Assembly: GCA_965645245.1 (NCBI GenBank)
Contig: OZ287075.1
Coordinates: 1,550,001-1,614,000 of the forward strand
Direction: 5' to 3'
Length of the DNA stretch: 64,000 bases
Source of the DNA: Massalongia carnosa
Lineage: Eukaryota
In this document: piece after piece, positions 49,850 through 62,398 of the stretch
How positions within the stretch are numbered: the stretch's first letter is position 1
How the letters are laid out: each line of letters begins with the position of its first letter
Notes under the pieces: model-generated
The model's input: only the letters and a program-made list of their open reading frames with translations
Database searches by the model: none
What the model was told of the DNA's origin: nothing
Translations under genes and position numbers: made by a program

Positions 49850-52800
49850 TCAAGGCGTGGCTTCCTCCATCTCTTGTTTCCTCTGGACGGCACGCTTCAG
49901 TACCTTCAGCCGCTCCTCCGTGACTTGGATGGCATCCGCGAATTCCCTCGCGTCCATCGTCTCGTCCGCCAACTTCCTGTCAATGTCCCGGTACTTCAAT
50001 GACTCCTCCCTCAGTTTCCTCGCTCGATGCACTGCCTCCTGATCGCTTCCTCGAGTCGATATGGGATACGCGATGCCTTCCATGCTGATACGTTCTTCTA
50101 GCCAGTCCCATAGACTGCTTTCCTCCCTGCGCCAGATCTCTTCGTACGCCGCGATACGCTCCGCGCTGGGCATTCCCGGAAACCCTATCCGACCGTTGGA
50201 AGGAGCCGAAGGGCCACGGAGCCAGGTAAGAACAAGCAGAACCGATAGAAACCCGATGACCATTTGTGTACTTATCCAGGGGCGGAAGATGTCAACGATG
50301 GGCCCAAGCGTCCCGTGCAGAGGCTCAAATAAGCCCCACGAATCGTCTCGCTGCTGACTTCGGGGTTCTTGGGGTCGATCCTCGACGATTGGGGAGTTCG
50401 GGGGATCTCCACCGGCTCTCTTTCGCTTTCCCTTCAGTTTGCGTTTTGAATTACTGGTCCCTGCCCTTGACCGAGAGAGCACGCCGGCTTTGAGAGCTCT
50501 TACCAGATCAGTGGCATACGTGGTTTGACCTTCGTTTGCACCTTTCTCAATCGGTACTGCACATCGCGTGTTAGTTAAAGTGATAATAAACGCGAACGTG
50601 GATGCTGTACCTTTCAACCAGCTTTTGCTTGTCCATTCAATTGTACAGTTGATGAAAAGCCTGGTCGCATTACCAGGAGCCCAGCTCAGACAGTACTTGG
50701 TCTTTGTGCTGAACAAGTTACCGCTGGGAACATCTGGGGTCTGCGTTACCACCGTGACGGATACCGCCTTCTCTAGATCGAGGAAATCAAGATTCTCGGT
50801 GGTAATGCACTTCGTCTGCTTGGGACCAATTGAGCCATAGAGTGGTTTAATATACGAGTAAGTGCGAGTTCTGTTGTCCTCCGATAGACCTCTTTTGTCA
50901 TCGTCCATGTGCAGATCCATGAACTTCTGATCGTCAACAAACCATCTGGTCATGAAACCGCCAGAGGCGGCTCCAAACACCATTGAGTAGACTTTACCCA
51001 GAGGGGCTGGAATCACCTCGTCCTTGACCACCTTATCATAGTGTGTGTCTGCATCAGTACATTCCGTTGGAGCGTGCGTCAGCGGGCCAGGGAAGTCCAC
51101 ACTAGCAGCAGCAGCAACAGCAGCAGCTTTTTCTCCGGCTTTGCCATCTCCTACCGTTGGGACTCCTCCCGCAGCAGCACCTATAGCGACACCCATCGCA
51201 GAGACTTTTCGAGCTGTGGGTTTTGTTAAATGGTCAAGTGCTTCGCTACCTTCCTCACTCCCGTTACCGGCTTCAGTAAAACTTCCGAGACCTTCATCCT
51301 CCTCCTCGTCTTCATCATATACCTCTTCCTCCTCTTCGGAAATGTCACTGGGATCCTCACTATCGCTAGGATCAACCTTTTCGGTCTTGTCCCCCGTACC
51401 ACCAGCGTCGAGGTGAACCCCATTGAGCGAGCTTTTAAGGCTTGGATGGCTTAACTTCCAAATACCAATTAACAGCTCATAAGTAGCTTCTCTGCTAAGA
51501 AGACTGCGAAATGTCTGCCTCGCATGTAGGGTTTGGATTGCGATCGCATTTGGGAATACCATTGCCGTATTCTCTTTTTCAACAGATACGATTTCGTCGA
51601 AACTGATGATGACAGTAGTGACCCATCCAAGTATGTTGCTCGAGAAGCATATGTGGCCTTCCGACACATAGAGCCTACCAGCCAAAATGATCTCCCGTTG
51701 CAGCGCGCAGCTATAGTCCTCAATAAGATAATCATCCTCAGGAATACTGCGGAAGAGCTGATGAAAGTCTCGGTTGCGCTTCTTGCTGGCAACAGCAAAT
51801 CCTGTTAGTTTTGGAGTGCTCGTTGAAGTCAAGGTATGGGCCAGCGTGGCTTGGCTCGCTCCATTTATGGTATGTGTTGTATTTCCTGTAGCCGAGGAAC
51901 TGTTCCGATGTCGTCTTGTGACAGCTCCAACCCGACTACGGACGCTTCCACTTCGGCGTGTGCTCTGTTCACCTTCAAACATACTTCCATTGGGTGGGGT
52001 TCTGTTGCCCAATATGCTAGATTCGTAATTTGATTTATGTACAATCGCAGGCGCCGTATCTTCTGCAACAGGTGTAGAGGTCTTATCGGTGGGCGTTTTC
52101 TCACCATAGGCTGCCGATATGGCACGAGCTGCTGAGATATCTTCAGCCCGCGCTGCTGCTTCATCTCTCCGTAATGATTGAAGCCCTTTAGCTTTCTCCG
52201 ATAATCCACCTGCCACGGTGGGAAAAGGCTCCGTAGGAGTCTTAGTTACAGGAGAGTCTGTAGCTATTCCTAAATGGCTTAGACTTAAATCACCTGTACC
52301 CAAGGTATCAATAGCCATTTGCTTTTTTTCCACCGCTGGAACCTCCCGGCCGCTGGTGTTCATTGCTAAAGAGGCCTTGGTTTCCTTGCTGTTATCTTCC
52401 TCGGTGCTCGTAGCTGTATTTCTTGGCTTCGATTGAGTATTGCTTGTAATAAATGTACTGGTAGCGTTCTGTGCTAAGGAAAACACGGATGAAAAAAACC
52501 CGCCAGCACCACCAGGCGAGCCTTGAGATAGCGGCGTTCGAGACCCTGGTGTTCTGGTCTCCTCAATTGTAGGCGTCAAAGGAGCCGACATTGCATTTGA
52601 AAGTTTGCTAGGCGCGTGTGTCGCTGAGTCAGATCGAGCTCGACGATGTGAGACCATATTTCCGGAAGCAGTAGTGACTGTATTTGCATTAGTACTGAGA
52701 GAAAACGGTGTTTGGCCTCTCGTTATCTGGTTTTGCAAGTTCTCTAGGCGTTGATCCGTCGGCGTCGGAGGGGTAATTGTAGTAAGAGGAGAGTCGCGCG

Positions 52801-54249
52801 CATATTTAGTCGTGCTTGGTGATGTCGTCAATGATAATAGGTCTCGGTTGCTGGTGTTCGGGCTTTCGTCTTTACCGATTGTGGCCTGGACAATAGGGGG
52901 ATTTTCAGATAGTTTGAGACTCGCCCGTGAATCTACGCTATTTCTTTTCTCCCCTGCTCCGAACAGGCCCTCTAGCGTAGTTCCACTGCTAGGCGACCTT
53001 CCAGATGTACGATCTGGGCTCCTAGGTGGACTATCCTTCTTCTTGGACCCAGATGTGAACACGCCCTTAATCCTTGTACCAGGCGAAATTCCTCGTGCAT
53101 TTTTAGAGGTAGCAAGCTCTGCCGCGTTGAGTGGGATTTCGCTCTGCCGAGAGCCCATTGTGGCGGCAGATCGAGGCGCCAGGTTGGTTCCTGTGGAAGA
53201 ATCGCTACTCGGGGTAGGAGATGTTGTGGTTTTCTGGGCTTGGGAAGATTTGGTGGTAAAGTTGTCTAACTGAAAAGTAACAGGGGGCTCGACCGGAGTG
53301 GATATATTGATCAACGGCGATGAGGAGGTAAGGTAGCCAATATGCGAAGGATGATTTACAAGTGGCGGTGGAGAATCTAATAGCCTGTATAGTAAGACTA
53401 AATTAGTAACCGATAATTGATAAAGGGCACAGCTCTGAGAAGGCTAGACGCTGTCTAAAGCAAACCAATGAGCCAAACTTCATTTAAAAAATAAAATGCG
53501 GAGTATGATACATGAAGATGCTAAGGAGGAGAAATTTGCTAGAAAATAAGAAGAAGAAGACGCGCGGTGAATAGTGTAGGTATGATTAGGTTGACAGCAT
53601 ATCTCGAGTATCGTCCTGCGCAGCACCCTCGTTTCTCGCTTACTTATTTTGATCCCTTGGCATAGACGATCTTGAGATAGTTCATGCGCCACGGAGGCTA
53701 AATAGCATGAAACGAAAAGTGAAACCCTTCGCAAATAAAAATGACAGGTGTATTCTCCAGGTAACCGACTTACGATTCACTATCTGGATCATCAATCGTG
53801 ATCAAACTGATGCCGCCTAACGTGCTTTGACTTCTGCTGCCTGCAGACCGTGTAAGGTCTGCTGATGTGGCAGCTTGATCACTGGTGCGTCGACCGCGCC
53901 CATCATCTTGATCTTCTTCCTCTTCCTGCTCTTCTAATTCTCCTTCCCGCTCCGCCCCACCTTTCTTTTTCAACTTTTGCTTGATCCTCCCCGGTATCAG
54001 CTTCGACAGCTTTCTGGTGTTTGATGCTGTTGTCGTTCCATCGTCGATGCTCGACTCCCTGCTTGTGCGTGCTCTGTCTCTAGTAGAGTCGATGGAGGAT
54101 CTCAGTCTATGGCTATCGCTACTATTGTCCGTGCCATTGACTGAGGTTGTTGACGAAGTATCCTTTCCTGCACGGCGTGCTTTGGCTAGGACACCTTTGA
54201 GGCCGCGACCCGATGGCGCGGGCGAGACATCTACGGTAGCCGTTTCCAT
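49850..54249 (-). CDS. GRAM + VASt (StART-like) + TM lipid-transfer protein anchored at membrane contact sites (LAM/Ltc/GRAMD1 family); introns 53385-53773 and 50557-50610
   Basis: KKRNRDFHQLFRSIPEDDYLIEDYSCALQREIILAGRLYVSEGHICFSSNILGW (GRAM), TQTPDVPSGNLF (VASt) and a C-terminal TM helix. Exon 1 (METATVDVSP...) splices in frame. Confidence 0.92.
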
Positions 54250-54729
54250 AGGAGGATACTAAAGATTAAAGGTGGCGTACGTAGAGAATGGGTCCATGGC
54301 CAGGTAGAGTATAGCAAGCGCCAAAGGCATGAGTTATCGCAACCACAGGTGAATCAATATATCATAAACAAATATTATGGCTGCCATCAATGTACTCTGT
54401 ACAGAGTAAGTGTTTTGTAGACGGCTATCCAGATTGAGATTGGAAATAGATCCTGTCCAATGACGTACTATAAGCTAAAGCTAATGTTAGGCTAGGGAAA
54501 GGCGATTTCTTGCTTCATAAGTTTAGGGTTACGATATCCCTGCTAGAAATTGTTCGCTATGAATTCGGCACGTGCTAGGTACAAGGTACAAAGTACGAGG
54601 TACACAGTTGAACATCAACCTAAAGTGAGTGCCTAGATTCACAACACAGCAAAAGTAATGTTCTAGCTCCTAGCTGTCAACCAGAACTCCCCTATCTAAC
54701 AAAAACACCCTCCCAAGATCTTTTCTCTC

Positions 54730-56384
54730 ATGGAGACGTCACCCTTGATTCTGGTAGGACTTCCCCATTATGCTCCACCACCTGGAGGCTGATCATTGCC
54801 TTGCTATTAGGCCCAGTCCCATGCTCGCAATGCATTGAGCGCGCCCAACACCACTGCGGCAAGTGATGAGCATGATCTTGCAGCGAGTCAGTTTGCAACG
54901 GCTGCGAAAGAAACAGCCAACCCAGAGGTGTGTGTGATCAGCGCGGTAACTGCCCTTGTGCTGATTGAGATGGACAGGCTTTTCGGACTTTGAAGCTACT
55001 AGAACAGCACCATGAACATCTTGCTCAACTTCTCAAATTCCAAAATACCCATCCTATTGCAGATGTTCCGTCTGAGCCAAAGATTACGCCTCCAGCTCTT
55101 CCTCCCCCACCCCCAAGAGCCATAGAAAACTCTCCGTACCGAGCGCAGCCGCCAAACCCACCGTTAACGCACATCCCACAACGCGATATTAGCTCGTCGA
55201 TAGCCAGCAATCTGGCATCAGCGCGAGGCATACCTTCAAATCGGCAACGAAGAAGCAGTCCAGCGTCCCCGTTATTGCCTCAGCAATCAGACAATAAATT
55301 CCAACCCCCGCCGAAAAAGTCTAAACTTGGGGAATCAACACCAAAAGCCACACATGGATCGTCTCTCGACAGGCGTCAGGACACACGTAACCACAACTCT
55401 CCACCCTCCCTTTCCTCAAAGTCGTCAACGGCTTCCTCGTCTCAAACAACACCCAAACAGGTAGACGCTGACTCCCCTGCCAACAACCGATCCGACGAAC
55501 CCTTTCAGCGATTCTATGCTACCTTCGAATCGCTCTTCTCCAAACTCTCCGCCCCGCTCGCCTTCGCTGGCCTCCCCCTACACCTCGACGAACCACCACC
55601 CCCGCCCCCAAATGCCTATTTAAAACCCATATCCGTGGCCAAGCCCAAAACCGATGAGCAGCGTCTTCCCGCAACGGACCCAGATCTATCAAAAATATTC
55701 TCCAAAGCCGCCCTCCGCGCCCTGCGTGACGAAAACGGCGGCCCGGCTAGCGGGGGCCCCTTTGGCGGTGCAGAAAGCTTCTACGTAGTCCCCACCACTG
55801 GCGGCACAATCTCCTACGCCGACATCCTCGCTCGCGCACAGCAGGAGTCTATGCGCCACGGCAGCACCGCAGATCCCAACGCCTCCAACCACCCTGACGA
55901 AAATAACCAGCTCGAGGATGAGTTCGTTGACGCTCGCGAAACGCCGCAGCCCGCCAGCCCTGTTATAAGTCGTCGTTCCCAGAAGCCAGGCACTAAGACG
56001 ATGGAGGAGCTGCAACTCGAGAATGAAGCCCTGCGTACGCTGGCAGATCATGTCAGCAGGCGCTTGCTCGAGTTCGAAATGGGCGCCCAGACCTCATCGT
56101 TGGCGCTCCAGCGGAGCATACGCGCGATGCAGAGCCAAAGCCCCCCCGTCGGCGCCGTAGCTATCCCAGAATCTAGCAATGGCGCCGGCCATAGCACAGA
56201 TTCAGCAAAAGCGAAAGCGGTGGTGTTGGAGGAGAAAGTGGCGGAGCTGAAGCGGGAGGCCGAGCGCATGGGGCGGGAAAACGAGAAGTTGAGAGGGGTT
56301 GTGGGGAGATATCGGGAGAGGTGGGAGAAGCTGAAGGAGGGCGCGAGGGTGAGGAGGGAGGGCACTGGGGATGGTGTGGGGTAA
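54730..56384 (+). CDS. MIT-like N-terminus plus C-terminal coiled-coil protein, candidate Atg38/NRBF2 homologue; introns 54754-54810 and 54928-54977
   Basis: The spliced N-terminus METSPLILAQSHARNA...AASDEHDLAASQFATAA...EAFRTLKLLEQHH is a three-helix MIT-like pattern. C-terminal coiled coils (ELQLENEALR, RENEKLRGVVGRYRERWEKLKEGAR). Confidence 0.8.
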
Positions 56385-57204
56385 CCGGTTTTTATCGGTT
56401 GAAGGATGAATGATGGTGGATGAGGAAGATGGTAGTGGTGATGGTGAGAAGGATGCAAGGAGCAAAGAAGTGTTTAGGCAAGTGGGGCTCGATTGGCCCT
56501 TGGTTTTTTGGAGCGTTGGGTAGGTAGGTAGGCAAGCTCGGAAGATCTACAAAATCGATTCCTTTCCTCCCCCTCTCATCCTCCTTCTCTCATCTAGTCT
56601 TCATTTCTCAGTCTTCTACACCTTTACCACACGGAAACGAAAATCTCTACGCCAAAAATTCTGAAGTCCGCATCTCACCTCACTTCACTTCACTTCCCTA
56701 TGATGAAGAAGGCCTTTTTCAGGAACTCGATTCTCCGGAGCTTCGAGCAGCTTCCCTCCATCCATTCCTTGCTATCATTCTATCTTCATCTACAAAAACT
56801 CCAGAGCGCACGCTTTTAGAACCCTAACCCCCCCGGCCCTTCACGTTATGAAAGATTCGGCACGAGGACCCCTATTTTCCGATTTTCCGATTATCAAGCA
56901 CAACAAAAAAAAGCTGGATGGGGAATCATTCCACCCGCAACCAAAGCCAACGCTGCTTCCTATTTCCCGAGTATAATATTCCCCCCCCCCAAACACCGGG
57001 CTCGGATTATGGTAGGAAGCGATTTTGTTTGATTGAGCAGGCTTAGATTGGGAGCTATAGAGTCCCTGACGTTTATGAAAGCGCGAGATAAATAAGCCAC
57101 CGGGTAAGTTCGTCCGTCTGAAGGAAGAGCTGATGTGGAGGCCTGTTTTGAGAAAAGCTTGAAAGACGTGTGGAATGGTTAAGGGCCAAGTTTTGCCATA
57201 TCCG

Positions 57205-58752
57205 TCAATAAAAGCTAACGAGCGGGCGTTGATGATGGCAATGAGCGATACCCCGATCGGTTCCGCCCGAACGAAGGAAGCAGAAAATAGTAGCGGCGTC
57301 GCAGGAATGAAACCTTGGCTGGTGGGGACCGGCCAAAACCGTGTCCCAATGATAATGTGAAAAATCGGTTAAGACCAGTTCTCGAGACGCCATGGACTGA
57401 AAGGTTTTGCTCCAGTGGGCCTGGACTACGTTTGCAGCTTCGCCGCAAAATGAGCGATTTGACATCAGCATGACGTTCTCCAGACGCAGTGTCCGGAGAG
57501 TCTGGCAATGTCGGTAGAAAAACTCGAGAAAGTCGTTGCTATTCCTCATATCCAAAGCCATGGCCGCCAGCGTGGTACTACGGAGATTGGGCCACGTGTG
57601 TGTGCCGATTAATTCTGTGAAGGAGACTACCTGCTCAGGCACCATGCTGTCTAGCCTAAGGTCCAGATTCTCCAGCTGTGTTGCAGCCCCTAAAGCCTTC
57701 GCAAGGTCACCTTGCGCCACTATTAATTCCCAATAGCCTCCTCCCCTTTCTCTTGTATGGATGTTAAGCTTAATAGTCTTAAGACTGCTGAATGCGTTTA
57801 TTGTATGGTACAGCTCGCGCGGGGACATTTGGAAAATTGATTTCCCCAACCCACTCTCTTCACAATCTGTGATAACCTTGAAGGATTCCAGTTTTTCCAG
57901 CTTCGTCATCGAAGCAGCTTGCATCAAGACGAAGAAGCCACGATACGAAGATCGGTCGAAATCCAGGGGCGGCGATCGCTCTTTCGTACTCGGCCAAGAG
58001 CGTGGATTGAGGATAATTTGATCAATACCCCGGATGCCTTCATTCTTAAATGAAAGGGTCAACTCCTTGACGCTGCTATCAGCAGCGATGCATGTATGTG
58101 TTCGATGCTTGACATGCTGCGAATAACGGCGATCCGAGATTGCAAAATGCCTAACTCGAGGCATTTGTGGAAGGCCAGCCACTAGCCGGACAAGATCATC
58201 AGGAAGGTATACGGCCACAGCCTTATGAAAAGCTTTATCCATGATCATCGATGAAAAATCCCCGGGGAAATCATTGAAGGTTTTCGGCGTTTTAAGGCGC
58301 CTGTTATCTCGTGGGTGGGTCATATCTTCTTCATCATACTCGGCGAGTCTCCGCTGTTCCTCATAGCACTCTGCAAAAGCCTGAAACCCTCGCTCAAAGG
58401 CTGCTTTGGTGTATTTAACACTGCGAGGGTTTGACTGACAACCAATTAAAAATCTCGTGTAGGACGTTTTGTTGAGACTGAAACGTTCATTTCCTTCCAT
58501 CATGGAAATGTTGGTGGAGTCATACACCACTTCCTTCACTAACTGACTTAAGACAGGGTGTTCTGAGACAGACGTAAATGCTTTTCTATCCTTGAGCCGT
58601 GTGGAGATGTATAGCGACCTAAACAGTAATGGGGCTGCCAGGACATTGATAGCTTGGCAAACCCTTCGAATATTCTTGATGTCTTTCTTTGGCAGGTAAT
58701 CCAGGATGATAGTCAAAATCTCCGCAGGTATAAATGAGCGTTGAATGTCCAT
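57205..58752 (-). CDS. F-box domain protein with LRR-like C-terminus
   Basis: FIPAEILTIILDYLPKKDIKNIRRVC...AAPLLFRSLYI F-box, followed by LxxLxL repeats (FSSLKTIKL, WPNLRS, TLRTLRLENV). Confidence 0.85.
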   Translation of the reverse strand: MDIQRSFIPAEILTIILDYLPKKDIKNIRRVCQAINVLAAPLLFRSLYISTRLKDRKAFTSVSEHPVLSQLVKEVVYDSTNISMMEGNERFSLNKTSYTRFLIGCQSNPRSVKYTKAAFERGFQAFAECYEEQRRLAEYDEEDMTHPRDNRRLKTPKTFNDFPGDFSSMIMDKAFHKAVAVYLPDDLVRLVAGLPQMPRVRHFAISDRRYSQHVKHRTHTCIAADSSVKELTLSFKNEGIRGIDQIILNPRSWPSTKERSPPLDFDRSSYRGFFVLMQAASMTKLEKLESFKVITDCEESGLGKSIFQMSPRELYHTINAFSSLKTIKLNIHTRERGGGYWELIVAQGDLAKALGAATQLENLDLRLDSMVPEQVVSFTELIGTHTWPNLRSTTLAAMALDMRNSNDFLEFFYRHCQTLRTLRLENVMLMSNRSFCGEAANVVQAHWSKTFQSMASRELVLTDFSHYHWDTVLAGPHQPRFHSCDAATIFCFLRSGGTDRGIAHCHHQRPLVSFY

Positions 58753-59512
58753 GTTGTCCGTTATCCCTAAGAGGCTGCAGCTAGACAACCTGTTATTGTT
58801 AGATAGCCCGGATGAACATGCACAGCTACCAAAAATATGGTATAAGGACAGTTAGCGGAGAATGAATGTTGCGAAGCCCCGCGACATAACTGGAGGATAA
58901 TTATCAGTTTTTAGAAAGATCGGTTCAACTCTATGTTCATCGTAAAAGAGTACTTTAGAATAGGTAATGTAAAGGAGGCAGATGAAATCATACGCTGATC
59001 TTCATGGCTCAACAATTAAGAAAGTGCGAATCTGAGAACTTCCCACTTACACCTGTCAAACCATTTCCGCTTTCTTAATCCAACTAAAGTTGCTCAGTCA
59101 TATTCTACCAACCAGAGAGCCACAGTTATCCTTTTATGTAGCCACAAAATCATAAGTTCAACTGATAATTTATTTCAGAGTTTGCCCAGAGGAGTTTATC
59201 TAGAGTCTTTTGAAGTTGGAGGACAAAATACACCTTGACAAAAACCTCTTAGAGCTCTCATGCTCTGCAACTAGCATGAAATTAGAGTCTCCAAACCTTT
59301 TTGGTTTGTCAATGCCATCTAAAAGTGGTTGGTCATGGTGTGGCGTTTTTCGTGGCGTTTTTTTAGAATCCACGTGGCTGACACAGCTGACTCCCGCTGA
59401 TGGGCAAGCGGATCCTTGAGAAATGATACGAGGTTGTCGTTAATCGCTGACTTATTTAGTTGATCAGCTCACCTCCTCCAATTTATGTGTTCTCATATCG
59501 CTCTCCAATGAA

Positions 59513-60390
59513 ATGGAGTCTCTCCCATCTCCCCCCTTCGTTTCCATCGAAGGAATCCACAATTTCCGCTCTGTAGGCGGCTACCGCACTTCTAACCCCT
59601 TCTCAATCACTCGCCAGAATATTCTCTTTCGCAGCGCCGAACCCTCGCAAGTAACCCCGGCCGGGGTCCTCGCTCTCAAAGCGCTTAATATCACCACTAT
59701 CTTTGACCTACGCTCCATGCCCGAGATTGAAAAAATGAAAGCCCTCACTCCAATAACCCATATCGAAGGTATTGAGCGCATCTTTGTGCCCATCTTCAAA
59801 GATATCGACTACTCGCCTAAGGCAATTGCGCTGCGGTATAAAGACTATACCAGCAGTGATGGAGTAGAGGGATTCCGCCGAGTGTATGCGGATATATTGG
59901 AGGCCGGGGCGGGCTCTTATCGGACAATTTTCCTGCATCTAAGGAACAAGCCTAACGAGGCATGCTTGGTTCATTGTACAGCAGGAAAAGACAGGACGGG
60001 AGTGCTGGTGGGGTTAATGCTCCAATTAGTGGGGGTCGAAAATCAAGTTATTGCGAAAGAGTATGCTTTAACTGAGCTTGGGCTTGCAAGTTGGAAGAAG
60101 ATCATTGTGGAATATCTGACCAAGGACGTAGAGGCGTACGGGGGAAGAGAAGCTGCAGAACGAATGGTAGGCGCGAGGTGAGCAATACTGCATGTGGGAA
60201 GAACGGGTGGTGGACTAACTGCCGCTATAGCGCAGCGAACATGTTGGCTATGTTAGAGACAGTCAGAAGCAGATACGGAGGGGTAGAAAACTATCTGAAG
60301 CAAAAATGCGGGTTTGAAGATGACGATATTCAGAGAATACGATTAAATATTATTGAAAACGGCCATTCAGAGAAGCTCAACTCAAGTTAA
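59513..60390 (+). CDS. Tyrosine/phosphoinositide phosphatase (Y_phosphatase3, IphP/PtpB-like); intron 60178-60230
   Basis: NFRSVGGY, LFRSA, IFDLRS, the active site LVHCTAGKDRTG and YGGVENYL. Confidence 0.92.
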
Positions 60391-60568
60391 ACCAATAGGC
60401 TCACCTTTGTGGATCTTATTCAGAAAGTTGGAAACTATCATAGACCTGTGTGGATAGCATTCGGTGTTAACTAAACTATACTAAAACCTAGGGTATCACC
60501 ATGTAAGAAATTGCCCCGAAGGCCCAATGGAAAAGCACCGTCGAACACGAAGCTCAACTTCGGATGTT

Positions 60569-62398
60569 TCACGAAGTGGGCTTAGGGCTATGTGTTGTGC
60601 GAGGTTTCAAAAGACCAGCAAAGAACGAGGCTAGAGCTTCGTTCTGTGCCTTTCCATCTGGGGTACCAAGCGTTGATGCCTGTGCCTCCGGCTCGGAGAT
60701 ATTGGCCTCCGCTTGACCTTTTGATCTTGTCAACATCCCCTCCGAATCCACCTGAATGCCGCCAAAATTAAACTGAATAGGACCAACATGATCGTCAACT
60801 GGCCCTGGAAACTCAGTCCCGCTAGATCCGTTTTTGCTAATCGAATAGCGGTCGGACGGAATCTGTGAGCCTTTTGTTTCCCGAGCCTTCTCCTCCTCGG
60901 CCTTCAAGCGCTCCATGATTTCTTGTTGGCTTGCAAGAAATTGTTGCATATTAATAGCCTCGATTTCAACCCCTTCATTCGGGCTTTTTATATCAGGTCT
61001 GCCATTCCAGCTAGGATCTTTGATAACCTCTTCATAAGCTGGAAGGACATGACCTAGCTTGCCAATTTTATCCAACGAAAGTGACTCATTATCATTTTCG
61101 GCGACGCTGTTTTTTAAGCTGGACGACATATTATTGATATCAATGGACCAGCCACTGCTTATTCCTTCCACATCAAAACCTTCTCTCAAGACTCGAATTT
61201 TACCCCAGGAATCCCAGAGAGGAGGAATTAGCACCCTATCTCTATCGATGACATTATGCTTCAAAGTTTTCTTTTGAAGCAACGAATGGATCCCAATCAT
61301 TGATTGAATCAGTGTTGAAAGCGAGTTGGGAGCGAAAACCGATGTGTAGACCAGTGAAGCACCATCTAGCCAACCAAAATTGTAAATTTTTGCTAGTAGG
61401 GTGAAACGAAAAAGAGTGATCTTAGCTTACGCTTCATAAGTATAGTTCGAAGGAATTGCAAAATAAAGTCAAAATCTTCTTCGCGCCACCCCTGTTCTTT
61501 CTCCAGAAATTCGATTTTATTAGCCTACATATTAATCTGTTAGCATCGCCCCATCATTCCACAGCCTTGAATGTGTGTGACCAAGTCTACTTACATTTTG
61601 GCAAACGACACACAGTGGTAGTCCTAAACATTCATCCCATTCACCTGGACTTAAGGGTAAAGTTATGTTTCCTTCATTTGCCGTACCCCCAATGCCCGCA
61701 TCGTATGCCCCTCCTCTTCCGTGTTGTTGCCAATTCTTCATGTACAGATCCATGACATCCTTTGTATCTTCATCTAAGGAGAGTATTGTCTCTTTTAGAA
61801 AGAGAATCCAGGCCCTCAGCTGTCGAATCCATAACCAAGGCTCAGCCCAGTTTAAGAGAAGAACGATTAGTGTATGCGGAACCGTTCGAGGAGTGAAAAG
61901 TGGCTTGACCAAAGGTAAAAAAGCAGACGAAGGTTCGGAGAGGAAGTAAATTGACAGCCGGGCAAGAATATCTGTTTCGTCACTAATCATCCTGTAATAC
62001 TAGATGTGAAGCATACCCTACCTTCATGGTCAGTGTCCAGAACATCCTGGTAAGTATAGCCCAGAGCAAACTCATTCGCTACAGGCGGCTTTCTCCTGTG
62101 CCTTTCTTGCAGTCGTTTAGGTAGTTCCGGTCCAAGTGTCTCAAGAAACTCCTTCTGGCTTTCAGGATCTCCCCCTACAAGATTCTCAGTCCAGCTCATT
62201 CCATCCAAGAAACGATGCCGACCAACCTAGCACAAGAAGGTTTTTCTCAGGTAGTTTCTTCCCAGTGGCAACATCGTCTAGCATAGATGACCACATGTTT
62301 TTCTCCGCTTCTCCATAACATCGTTGCCTATCATTATTACTAACATTCGAGGTACTTGCAAGTCCATTAGTATTTTGTTCGGGATTAGTAACAATCAT
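60569..62398 (-). CDS. dli1: Cytoplasmic dynein light intermediate chain; introns 62175-62226, 61972-62021, 61525-61594, 61366-61430
   Basis: KNMWSSMLDDVATGKKLPEKNLLVLGG, ANEFALGYTYQDV, LGLPLCVVCQNA, FDFILQFLRTILMKHGASLVYT, LIPPLWDSWGKI and the C-terminal ALASFFAGLL. The start codon is uncertain. Confidence 0.9.
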
